A stretch of 64,000 bases of DNA from Octopus vulgaris (lineage: Eukaryota), in assembly GCA_951406725.2 (NCBI GenBank), contig OX597834.1, forward strand, positions 1,178,001 through 1,242,000, in the 5' to 3' direction. The notes below the pieces were generated by a model. It ran no database searches. It was given only the letters and a program-made list of their open reading frames with translations, and was not told the DNA's origin. This document shows, in pieces, positions 39,954-50,351 of the stretch. A program made the position numbers and the translations under genes. Each line of letters opens with the position of its first letter. The first letter of the stretch is position 1.

Positions 39954-40060
39954 ATGTATATGCACACTTATACACATACATACGTAGGCGCAAATTCGTC
40001 AATATATATTCACGTACACATATACATTTACATATACATACATACATACATACGCGCGCG

Positions 40061-40128
<68 letters not shown>

Positions 40129-40129
<1 letters not shown>

Positions 40130-40887
40130 GTCAGGTCACTTTCGAGTGCTACTGGTATGTAACCCAGTACAACCTGTTGTTGCATGGTCGGGTCGTCGGC
40201 GGCTATACTCTTGAGAGTCAACGGCCATCCAATAAATGTCTTAGGGCTGTATCATGCGCGGGGACATAGAAATAATCGGACTGAATATATATATATGAAG
40301 GATAGCCTTTATAGGGCATCCTTCTAGGGGAAGGTAACTCAGGTAACTGGGATAACTCCGACATAAAACCTGCGGCTCAGTGGTTGCCGATGATGTTGAC
40401 TTGTTCTTTTCGGATTATGGCTGCTGTTGCTTAGTGAGTGGGATTGACTCAGTGCACAGCCTTTCCTCACTTTGAAAAAATCTTCTTGCACAGGCATTGC
40501 ACGATAACAACATTGATTAAGCTTCGTGCAATGGCCATACTCAATAACGAGGGGGCAGCCACCACCATATATATATACACACATATATATATATATATCG
40601 GAGTTATCCCAGTTACCTGAGTTACCTTCCCCTAGAAGGCTGCTCTAACAAAGGCTAGGGGTCCTTCACTCCCAATGGTTTAACCGCGCGATCGGGTATT
40701 CAGTCCGATTATTTCTATGTCCCCGCGCATGATACAGCCTTAAGACATTTATTGTATGGCCGTTGACTCTCAAGAGTTCCTCCGCCCTTTGACGGGGGTT
40801 GCCGGTTTAGCCGCCGACGACCCGACCATGCAACAACAGGTTGTACTGGGTTACATGTTACCAGTAGCACTCGAAAGTGACCTGACA
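40129..40887. mobile_element. Inverted pair of a non-coding dispersed repeat (possibly an RTE-type 5' leader)
   Basis: 40129-40361 pairs with 40598-40887, with indels; a diverged relative lies at 59890-60066 (minus). Confidence 0.7.
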
Positions 40888-40889
40888 TA

Positions 40890-40934
<45 letters not shown>

Positions 40935-41062
40935 ATTATATATACATATATATACCACATGGTTCCGGGTTCAGTCCCACTGCGTGGCAAGTGTCTTCTA
41001 CTATAGCCTCGTGCCAACCAAAGCCTTGTGATTTGGTAGACGGAAACTGAAAGAAGCCAGTC

Positions 41063-41094
<32 letters not shown>

Positions 41095-41122
41095 GAGAAT
41101 GAAGCAACAAGAATGGATTAGT

Positions 41123-41213
41123 TTTTAGTACAATTGTTTCATACAAAGACAGGCTTTATTAAAAGTTGCAAATATTGCAGCAGATAAAAGTGTCCCGTAC
41201 TCATCAGCTAAAA
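41123..41213 (-). ncRNA. Type I hammerhead ribozyme (minus-strand copy)
   Basis: Reverse complement of 41399-41489. Confidence 0.82.
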
Positions 41214-41398
41214 CATATATGAGTTCTCCAAACATCTTAGTGGGTGAGGCTACACTCATGAAGTATTGGAGATAATTTCATTAAAAGCAGATTCAGGTTC
41301 TAAACTGTTTACAACCTGAATCTGCTTTTAATGAAATTATCTCCAATACTTCATGAGTGTAGCCTCACCCACTAAGATGTTTGGAGAACTCATATGTG

Positions 41399-41489
41399 TT
41401 TTAGCTGATGAGTACGGGACACTTTTATCTGCTGCAATATTTGCAACTTTTAATAAAGCCTGTCTTTGTATGAAACAATTGTACTAAAA
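41399..41489 (+). ncRNA. Type I hammerhead ribozyme, intact core, extended stem II
   Basis: TTTTAG-CTGATGA-GTACGGGACA...TGTCTTTGTAT-GAAA-CAATTG-TA-CTAAAA; GUA site at 41481-41483. Confidence 0.85.
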
Positions 41490-41629
41490 ACTAATCCATT
41501 CTTGTTGCTTCTTTCTCGTTTATAATCACGCCACATTACTGTATGGTTAAGACCATATAGTTTTCTGGTGCATCTAAGTTAAGTACCGCATTCAAGTGAA
41601 TTCATTAGAATTGACTTGAATCTTAATTG

Positions 41630-41699
<70 letters not shown>

Positions 41700-42522
41700 T
41701 GTGTGTGTGTCTGTGTGTGTGTATGTGTGTGTGTATGGTTTTATATGTCTGTGTTTGTCTCCCGCTCATCGCTTGACAACCGATATTAGCGTGTCTACGT
41801 CCCCGTAACTTAGCGGTTCGGCAAAAGAAACTGATAGAATAACTACTAGGCTTACAAAGAATAAGTCGGTTTGTTCAACTAAAAGACTGAAAGCGGTGCT
41901 CAAGCATGGCCGCAGTCATACAAAAGAATAAAAGAATAAAAATAAACACATTGATATGAGAGGAATGAGAAGCGTTAAGATTCGGTCAACATATAAAGTA
42001 TATTAAATACATGAAATACAAAAAATGTATATATAATGTATATATAGCTATATACAAAAAGGTTTGGTTTACACAGACTAGAAATGATATCAAGAATTAA
42101 AGGGGGGTTGAAGAAAGAGATCTTACATTTGAGGTGTTAAGAGGGAGGCTTGTCTCATCCGCCGATGGGAATTAATCTACAAACAGTATCTTGGACCACC
42201 GACCCCCAAAAACAGCTGTTGCATTTCTAATACTTTTCTTCTACTCCCTTCAGTTCTTGCTATCATTTCTATTCTGTCTAAGCCAGACTCTTTTTGTATG
42301 TAAACATACATACATTTTTTTTGTTAACTTGCTTATCTTTACATTTCCTTCTCTAACCGCTCAAGTTTAAACTTCTTGATCACTATTAAGTGTATTATAT
42401 ACGGAAAATATTTCTCATTTATACATATATTCCCTTCCGGTCATTCAAAATGTGACCGCATGTGTACCGTTGGCGATTTGTTTTCCTCTGTCTTCCCTTC
42501 TTTGGATCTTTCCTTTTCCTAT

Positions 42523-42557
42523 GTTTCTGACGAAGAGCTCCGCTCGAACCGTTAAAC
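42523..42557 (+). ncRNA. Minimal hammerhead with one core substitution, in a PLE-type terminal repeat (about 42400-42650)
   Basis: GTTT-CTGACGA-A-GAGC-TCC-GCTC-GAAC-CG-TT-AAAC. Confidence 0.65.
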
Positions 42558-43419
42558 CCTCCTTCTTTCCTTCTTTCCTGAGTGTCCAATAATACTATGC
42601 TTGTTCCACGTCCTCGCGTGTTTTCTTTGTGTTTTCATGTTTGGATTAACTATATATATATGTGTGTGTGTGTGTGTACACATAATATACATATGGATAT
42701 TAATACTCGCACATAAATGCACAGACGCACTGTGTGTGCAGCATGTGTGTGTATGTTTCACTGAGGAGGGTTAATAATGTTAGCCATTTGTAATTCGCTG
42801 AAAATCACTATCGTGACTTAGTGGATAATTATTTCAGTTTTTAACACACCCTCTTAACATTTGTGCGTATGTCAGTATGTGCTTATGTTTTTCAAACATA
42901 TTTCAGTTTCATACGCATCGGCAAATCACCATAGCAGCGCTACCACAGATCCATCTGTAACCTTGACAACCAGCCTGTACCAAGACAGAATTTTGCCTTT
43001 CTTTCCTCCAGAATCAACAATAGCGATTTCAAAATGACTGTCGCCGTAATTAGTGAGACATGGCGACACAAGTGACAACTGCAACAGCTAAGAATTGATG
43101 ACTGAGCCCAACACTTTACTTGCTCGTTAACAGAGCTGTGATGGTTGCTGGTTTAGAAAGTAGATGTTTTCTATGGCTACAAGGTTAGCGGTTTCATTTC
43201 CTAACAACCTTAGTTCGAGTCTAGTTAGTTGCGGGGTAAATGTGTGCCACCAAAGCATGCAATACATTGAAATCTTAATTTCGTCAGTGGAAAAAAATGG
43301 AGAAAAATGTCGAATACTTTCGCATGCATGCTTGTATATACATATACATATATATATACACACACACAGACATGTCTGAGTGAGTGAGTGTGTGTGTGTG
43401 TCTGTGAATATATGTATGT

Positions 43420-43860
43420 CATTATTCAGTTTTATTTATAAACAATAGAGAAAGAGTCGCTTTCATTGGAATTTCAACATCAACAACAGTGTATGTATGT
43501 ATGTATGTATGTATGTATGTATGTATGTATGTATGTATGTATGTATGTATGTATGTATGTATGTATGTATGTATGTATGTATGTATGTATGTATGTATGT
43601 ATGTATGTATGTATCTATCTATCTATCTATCTATCTATCTACATGTGCAGATTTGTATGTTTTGTTTTATGTATGAATATAGTCGCATATCTAGATATGC
43701 TCATAATACATTTAAATGATAAACGTCTGGAAAGTTTTAGAATTTTACAGTTCCAGTGATGGATTGGATCTGTAGTCTTCGAAATAGCTTTCTGGTTTTG
43801 AGAAGCCTAATTTCTCAAGATTGGTATTTAGGCAGTGTGTTACATATCCCAGAGTCCCAA
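43420..43860 (-). mobile_element. 3' end of an RLE-type non-LTR element with an internal (TATG)n
   Basis: GTLGYVTHCLNTNLEKLGFSKPE...ITGTVK resembles the GALG...LQK..LTGT C-terminus of the R4 ORF. Confidence 0.5.
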
Positions 43861-43959
43861 TGGAGGAGGAGACCCCTTTGGTCATGATGACCGTGGGATT
43901 GCACCTAGAAAGTTACCCTCCGAGGCACAACAAAGAGGGAATGGTCATGTGCGAAATTC

Positions 43960-44920
43960 CTTTAAACACATGACCAAGCTCCAATTCTACATCCTTTGAA
44001 AATGCTGTAACTAGATCAAGGCTATTTTTCATCTCATGCATATTCTTTGCATAAAGTTGTAAGTCATTTACAAAGAAGCAGTGTGTAATTTTGGTATTTC
44101 TGTTTCCTTGTGAACCAGTGAGATATCCTTCAGACTTCCTTAACATGATTGACAAGGGGTTTACAGAGAGTATAAACAACATCATTGAGAGGTTGACCCC
44201 TTGGAATATGCCTTTGTGATACTGTATACTATCGGTGATAATACAGTCGCTCTTTGTGTTTAATTTCAAAATGGTGGCCCATGATGAAGCCAGGTCAGCT
44301 ATGGCTTTAACTATTCTGGCATCCATGAGTGGGGAACAGAATCAAAGACTTTCTTGTAGTCTGGCCACACTAAAATTAGGTTCCTCCTAAGATTTTCCAC
44401 CTCTGACATCACAGTTTTGCTGGTTAACAGTTGCTCGACACATCCCCAGACTCCCTTCTTCCCAACTGCTTGTTCGGCTGTGATAATGTTATTGATTTCA
44501 CAATGGTCCTGGAGCAACAGGTTTAAACATACTATCAATATCTTATATATTGAGTTCTGGCATGCAATTGGCCGGTAGTTTTTTGCCATGTGGGTGATTC
44601 TGCATCTGGGGATCAATTTTGTCTCTGCCAGAGCTAACCAATGTGGTATGCTACTGCTCCCAATGAAAGCTTGCTGGTACAGATTGATAAGATATGGTAG
44701 GTAGAATGTTAGCTTCTTGTACCAATATCCAACAATCAAGTCTCTCTTCCAGGTGCTTTTCCATCCTGGAGCTTCTGGATCACATTTGCAAGAGTTTCAC
44801 CATCAATGTTGTATGTCTTGGATGTAACGCAGGAGCAATAACTTTTTCGGATTTCTTCCATCCACTGAGCATCTTGGTTAGATTCCTTCTCTTGCCGCCA
44901 GAAGGAATCTATGTCTTCTC
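43960..44920 (-). pseudogene. Degraded R4/Dong-like RT fragment
   Basis: KNYRPIACQN, GKKGVWGCVEQLL, DYKKVFDSVPHSW, GIFQGVNLS, HCFFVNDLQLY, split by frameshifts. Confidence 0.85.
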
Positions 44921-45048
44921 ATGAAGGAGTTTCCGTGATCTCACTGCTTCTCCTTTCGTGAAAGTATACTGCTCCCTGGTATCGAATCAGGAAACAAATA
45001 GTTCGGGTTGCAAAACCATGACATGTCATTGCCCGAAACAGATTTTCT

Positions 45049-45104
<56 letters not shown>

Positions 45105-45225
45105 CGATGTGTTTGCCTGTGATTGCATGTGTGTTTTTGTGTGTGCGTGGAGAAGTTTCCGAGTTCTTTAACCTTATTCCGTATCGATCTTTTAAACTTT
45201 TGTCGCAGCTCAAAATATTGTATAC

Positions 45226-45226
<1 letters not shown>

Positions 45227-45277
<51 letters not shown>
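45227..45277. repeat. (TTA)n tract at the 3' junction of the R4/Dong element
   Basis: Direct tandem run. Confidence 0.95.
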
Positions 45278-45278
<1 letters not shown>

Positions 45279-48200
45279 TTTTCTTTTCTTCTTTCAAATT
45301 TGCTTCCATTTCTTGCCGAGTGTCTTCCCGACTCCTAGGGCAAAGAAACTCATAGTATACATTGGTAGGCCATTAAACCAAACTCAATAGTTCATTCATT
45401 TTTTTTTTTTTTAAGTTAAATTAAAATACATGAGCAGCAACAGTTCTCACATCGACAATGCTCTTCTCAATACGTGTGATGTACCAGTTAAGACAATCTT
45501 TTGCACTTCTTGCAGGGATGGTAAGCCAGGGATCATTCTCATATAATTTTCGGTTCCCTTCTTGATCATTCCTAGTGCTCCTACGATCACTGGTATTGTA
45601 ACCGCCTTGAGATGCCACATTTTCTCAATTTCAATGAGTAGGTCTTTATATTTTCTGAGCTTGTCAAACTCTTTCGCTGAGATATTATGATCACAGGGGA
45701 TGCTCATGTCGATCAATAAGCAAACTTTATTGTTTTGGTCTTTCACAACAATATCTGGTTTATTGGCCTTGATGGTTCGGTCTGTATGTACTGGAAAGTC
45801 CCACAGAATGGTTACATTTTCTCCTTCAGTTACAGCCTCAGGGTGGTGATTATACCACTTGTCGGCAGTTTTGATATTGTAATGCCGACTTATTAGCCAG
45901 TGTAGATATTGGCCAACTCTGTCATGTCTTAATTTATACTCCACTGGTGCTAAGACTTTACATCCAGAGATTAGGTGGTCCACTGTTTCAATCATGTCGT
46001 TGCAGAATCGGCATTTTGGGTCTGCTCCATTTTTCATCACATTGGCCTGGTAGTTCCGGGTTAATAGGCTTTGATCTTGAGCAGCCAGGATGAAACCTTC
46101 GCTCTCTGCTTTTAGCCCTGAGCTCCGTAGCCACTGATGGGTTTGCTTCTGGTCAACATCAGCTTGTTTGCTGCGGGCCACATATTTGCCGTGCAGAGGT
46201 TTCTCCTCCCACCTATCAGCCAATTGCTCGTGCGCTTTTTTCGTTGCCATTATTTTCACCTTCTTTGCAACAATAGTTGCCGTACTTCCCTCGGGTTGTT
46301 CAGTTTGGGTATCCTGCACGAGATCAATAGCAAATTTTTTGCTTTCCTTTATGATAGAATGAAGCTTCTTTCGTCTCTCGTGATTTTCCACGAGCTTTAG
46401 CATCCAGTCATTCGTTATTTCGAGATATTTGGCCAGTCCAATTGTGGTTGTTTTGTAAGCTAGTTCAAATTGGATCAGGCCTCGACCTCCTTGGGCTCTG
46501 GGAAGGTAAAGGCGATCTACGTCTGCCTTTGGGTGGTGCATCCTATTACAACTCAGCAGCTTGCGTATTTTCCTATCTATATTCTTTACTTCACTCATAT
46601 TCCAGTTCAACACATTGTAGCTATAAGTAACAACTGGAACTGCTAAGGAATTTATAGCTAACACCTTGTTACGTGCATTTAGTTCAGATTTCAGGACTGC
46701 ACGAACTCTCCTATAACATTCCTTCCTGATCTTCTCTTTCATGCTTGCATGCTGAATACCAGAGCCTTCATTTATCCCTAAATATTTGTATGTTTGTTCT
46801 TGCTCAAGCTCTCTTATGACTGTGTCAACATCTAACACGACTGAATTTGTGGTCTTCACTTTCCCTTTCTGGAAAGTGGCCTTGGCACACTTCTCAAGTC
46901 CAAACTCCATCCCGATGTCATCGCTGAATGCTTTCACAGTGCGCAATAGGCCTTCAAGTTCATTATTGTCTTTACCATAGAGTTTTAAGTCATCCATATA
47001 AAATAGATGGCTTATTTTTTTATTGGCAATTTTATACCCATACCCTGTTCTGTTTAATTCACTTGTAAGGGGTATTAGGGCTATGCAGAATATTAAAGGT
47101 GAAAGTGAGTCACCTTGAAAAATTCCACAGTTGATGTTTATATTTTCTGAGGCAAGTACTCCATTAGAGTGGTATAATTGGAGATTCGTATTCCACAACG
47201 ACATATTGTGCTTCAGGAAGTTTGAAATCACAGGGGAAATTTTGAAGATGTCCAGCGATCTCAAGATCCATGGATGCGGTATACTGTCGAAGGCCTTTTT
47301 ATAGTCAATCCATGCGGAGCTGAGATTTCTGCGCTTGTTGTGACAGTTCTCAAGGATCATACGATTAATTAGCAGTTGATCTTTGCATCCGTAAGAGCCT
47401 CGGCGGCACCCTTTTTGTTCAATGGGGAAAATATCGTTCTTCTCCATGAATGCATATGTTTTCTCCGCCAGGATAGATGTTAGGATTTTATACGTGGTGG
47501 ATAGACAGGTTATAGGCCGATAGTTTTTTGGAAGGTTGGTTTCGTTATTCTTTGGGAGTAGGTAAGTAATACCACTTGCTAACCATTCAGGTGTTTTCTT
47601 TGGGTCTCTCATAATTCCATTGAGCAGCTGAACTAGCTTACCGTGTGCGCATGGGAGCGATGCGAGCCAGAAATTCGGCACCCTATCTTTACCGGGGGAT
47701 TTCCAATTATGGGCCTTCGTGAGTGCCTTTCTTAGGTCTGCTATTGTGATGTCTTCCCATGCTTGTTGTTGTAAATTTTGGTAGGATCCTTCAGTTTGTA
47801 TAATCCAGTCTGCATTTATGTTGTACGTCTTCTTGTCACTCCAAATCCTTTTCCAAAAGTTTTGAACTTCTTCCATGGGAGGGGGGTCTTTAACGGTTAC
47901 TTTCTCCTTCCCTATTTCTCTGTAGAATTTTTTGGCATTGGATGTGAACAGCTTATTTTGCTTGTAAAACTTGTTTCTCTTCTCAAATCTTCGTATTCTT
48001 TGGGCTTTTGCTTGGACTTTTTGTTTCAGCGTTTCTTTTATTGATATCAGTTCTTCTCTTGGTGAGGATCCAAATTTTCTCTTCATCTTTCTTCCTGTTC
48101 TGGATCTTACATCATTTCCACATATTAGTTCATTTAATATTGATATTTCCCCTCTCATAAATTCAATCTCTTTTTCAATTTTACTTCTCCAGGTTTGATT

Positions 48201-49244
48201 TCTTCCCAGGTTTGGTTTTCTTTGTTTTTTCGGGGGCATACAGCTGGTTTCAATTGCCCTAGCAGAAGCGTAAATAATTTCATTTAACTCAGTAAAATCA
48301 GGTTTTAATTCTTGTATTATTTCATTTGTTACATAGTTGCCAATTTGGATTTGTTTTTTATTTTGGTTTGTATTTGAGAGTTTATGAAGTGGTTCTCTAT
48401 CATTCATACTTGTATGTCTTACAACTTCAAGCGTATTCAGGATTTTCTGCCTCATTTCTGCCATAGACTCTCTGTGTTCTTCAGCAAATGCGAGATCTTC
48501 AGTTACTGTTGTTTTATCGTTTTCCTGGCTATCTTTAACAGGTACAATAGAATTTCTTGTATCTTCAGGCCTTTGCGTACTTTGGTCAGATGGCAGTCTT
48601 TCAATTAAGCCTCGTGGCGGGCTATACTGTTCATCTGATTCTTCATTTCCTTTGTGTCTTATATTTATGTCATTTTCCGTTGCGTGCTTGATCGCGCTTA
48701 TTTCACTGTCTGTGAGTCTGTTATTTCTAAGGATATCCCTCCTCACATTTGCTAATTTGTTCTCGTCCAAATAGGGCCTACTGTCTTGATTCCGTGTTCT
48801 CCATATACTGTAAGAGTTTGCGGTGTGTCTCTCTTGAGATGGCCTACCTAATGCATAGTAATAAGCGTATATTACTTCTTTATACTCTTCTCGGGTCCAT
48901 TTGTTCCGCTTACATTTTTCTTTCTGTGGTGGTTGTGGTGGTGAACTTGGAGGGCTCGAGTTGGGGATTTCCCGTTCAAGTGACCATCCATGTCCGTATT
49001 CGGAGAAGAGTTTGTGCCAGTTGATGACTTTTCGATCCCAGGCTGGCTCTTCCCTGGGGGACGCGCTTCCAGATTAACCATAGGACAAGCGATTTGGTAT
49101 ACTGATTTAGTTTTCCTTTTAGTTTCCAAAAACATTTTGGTGCTACGATAATGTTATCATTTTTGAGCTTTGATTGGCTCGTGGGGAGACGGCCATCATT
49201 GCCGTTACAATTATAATCGTACCATTATAGCAGCCGTAGTCGGC
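45278..49244 (-). mobile_element. Apparently full-length R4/Dong-clade non-LTR retrotransposon
   Basis: Single long ORF, short UTRs, TAA repeats on both sides. Confidence 0.9.
45447..48770 (-). CDS. R4/Dong polyprotein: reverse transcriptase, CCHC zinc knuckle, restriction-like endonuclease
   Basis: 1107 uninterrupted codons with DYKKAFDS, GIFQGDSLSP, FYMDDLK, CRFC..ETVDHLISGC, RHDRVG, KPDIVV, LIDMSIP, KLRKY. The frame stays open upstream to about 49073. Confidence 0.93.
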   Translation of the reverse strand: MDENKLANVRRDILRNNRLTDSEISAIKHATENDINIRHKGNEESDEQYSPPRGLIERLPSDQSTQRPEDTRNSIVPVKDSQENDKTTVTEDLAFAEEHRESMAEMRQKILNTLEVVRHTSMNDREPLHKLSNTNQNKKQIQIGNYVTNEIIQELKPDFTELNEIIYASARAIETSCMPPKKQRKPNLGRNQTWRSKIEKEIEFMRGEISILNELICGNDVRSRTGRKMKRKFGSSPREELISIKETLKQKVQAKAQRIRRFEKRNKFYKQNKLFTSNAKKFYREIGKEKVTVKDPPPMEEVQNFWKRIWSDKKTYNINADWIIQTEGSYQNLQQQAWEDITIADLRKALTKAHNWKSPGKDRVPNFWLASLPCAHGKLVQLLNGIMRDPKKTPEWLASGITYLLPKNNETNLPKNYRPITCLSTTYKILTSILAEKTYAFMEKNDIFPIEQKGCRRGSYGCKDQLLINRMILENCHNKRRNLSSAWIDYKKAFDSIPHPWILRSLDIFKISPVISNFLKHNMSLWNTNLQLYHSNGVLASENININCGIFQGDSLSPLIFCIALIPLTSELNRTGYGYKIANKKISHLFYMDDLKLYGKDNNELEGLLRTVKAFSDDIGMEFGLEKCAKATFQKGKVKTTNSVVLDVDTVIRELEQEQTYKYLGINEGSGIQHASMKEKIRKECYRRVRAVLKSELNARNKVLAINSLAVPVVTYSYNVLNWNMSEVKNIDRKIRKLLSCNRMHHPKADVDRLYLPRAQGGRGLIQFELAYKTTTIGLAKYLEITNDWMLKLVENHERRKKLHSIIKESKKFAIDLVQDTQTEQPEGSTATIVAKKVKIMATKKAHEQLADRWEEKPLHGKYVARSKQADVDQKQTHQWLRSSGLKAESEGFILAAQDQSLLTRNYQANVMKNGADPKCRFCNDMIETVDHLISGCKVLAPVEYKLRHDRVGQYLHWLISRHYNIKTADKWYNHHPEAVTEGENVTILWDFPVHTDRTIKANKPDIVVKDQNNKVCLLIDMSIPCDHNISAKEFDKLRKYKDLLIEIEKMWHLKAVTIPVIVGALGMIKKGTENYMRMIPGLPSLQEVQKIVLTGTSHVLRRALSM

Positions 49245-49799
49245 TTATTATTGTTATTATCATCACCATTATTATCACTATCATCATTATCACCACCATT
49301 ACCATCATCATTATCATCATCACCATCACCATCACCACCATCATCATCAATGATATTGTTTTATGTGTAGTCACAGCAGTATCTTATTATTGTTATTTTT
49401 GTTTTTTATCATTATCACCATCACAGTAGTGTCTGTCTGTCTCGTTGGCTGGCTGGCTGTCTTCAACGCTAGAGTTCTTGCCTGTCAAATAATACTTTCA
49501 TATTTGGTTAACAGTAGAGCCGAGGTGAGGTTTGTGTTGGTTGAACTCTTTGAGTGTGTGTGTGTGTGTAGATAGATAGATAGATTATCAGCACTATTAC
49601 TATCATTATTATCATCATCACCATCATCACCATCACCATCAGTGATTTTTTTTTTTTAGGTCAAAAAAATTTAAAATGTTTACTACTATTAGCCTTAAGA
49701 AAAATTAAGGAAGGGCTGTTCTGTATTGTTTGTGAATAGAGAAGTTGTGTTCGACCAGAGAGAATCTTAGCATCATTATTTTTTTTCCATGTGCGTTTG

Positions 49800-49801
<2 letters not shown>

Positions 49802-49889
<88 letters not shown>

Positions 49890-49895
49890 TATTAT
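49802..49895. repeat. (TTA)n microsatellite
   Basis: Direct tandem run. Confidence 0.95.
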
Positions 49896-50059
49896 TGTTG
49901 TTCTTGTTACAGGTGTGTAGTAGAATGCCCTGAATTATACAGGCCGGAAATTGTTTTGTTCAATACATATAGATGTAAGTCATATATGTGTGTGTGTATG
50001 TGTATTTATGTACATGTGTATTTATATATATGTATTTATATACATACATACACATTTAA

Positions 50060-50134
<75 letters not shown>

Positions 50135-50156
50135 CATACATATATACATACATACA

Positions 50157-50190
<34 letters not shown>

Positions 50191-50320
50191 CATACATACA
50201 TACATACATATATATACATATATTAACATACATACATATATTAATAAATACATACATACATACATACACATGCATGAGGTGCGTCTGTCATTTCATAACT
50301 GTTTACATACATAAGATCTA

Positions 50321-50351
<31 letters not shown>

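Larger units (their letters stand above)
41093..41631 (+). mobile_element. PLE-type fold-back: 207-bp palindrome arms, 13-nt spacer, about 112-nt tail
   Basis: 41093-41299 versus 41313-41519 differ at 2 positions; flanked by (TA)n. Confidence 0.88.
40955..41945 (+). mobile_element. SINE family A split by the 41093-41631 insertion
   Basis: Head and body at 40955-41063, 3' half at 41745-41945; the insertion lies in the SINE's internal (TA)n. Confidence 0.85.

Noticed and set aside
49140-49244. HDV-like ribozyme at the R4/Dong 5' end
   Set aside because: Only simple hairpins were found; I could not build the nested P1/P2/P3/P1.1/P4 pseudoknot by eye.
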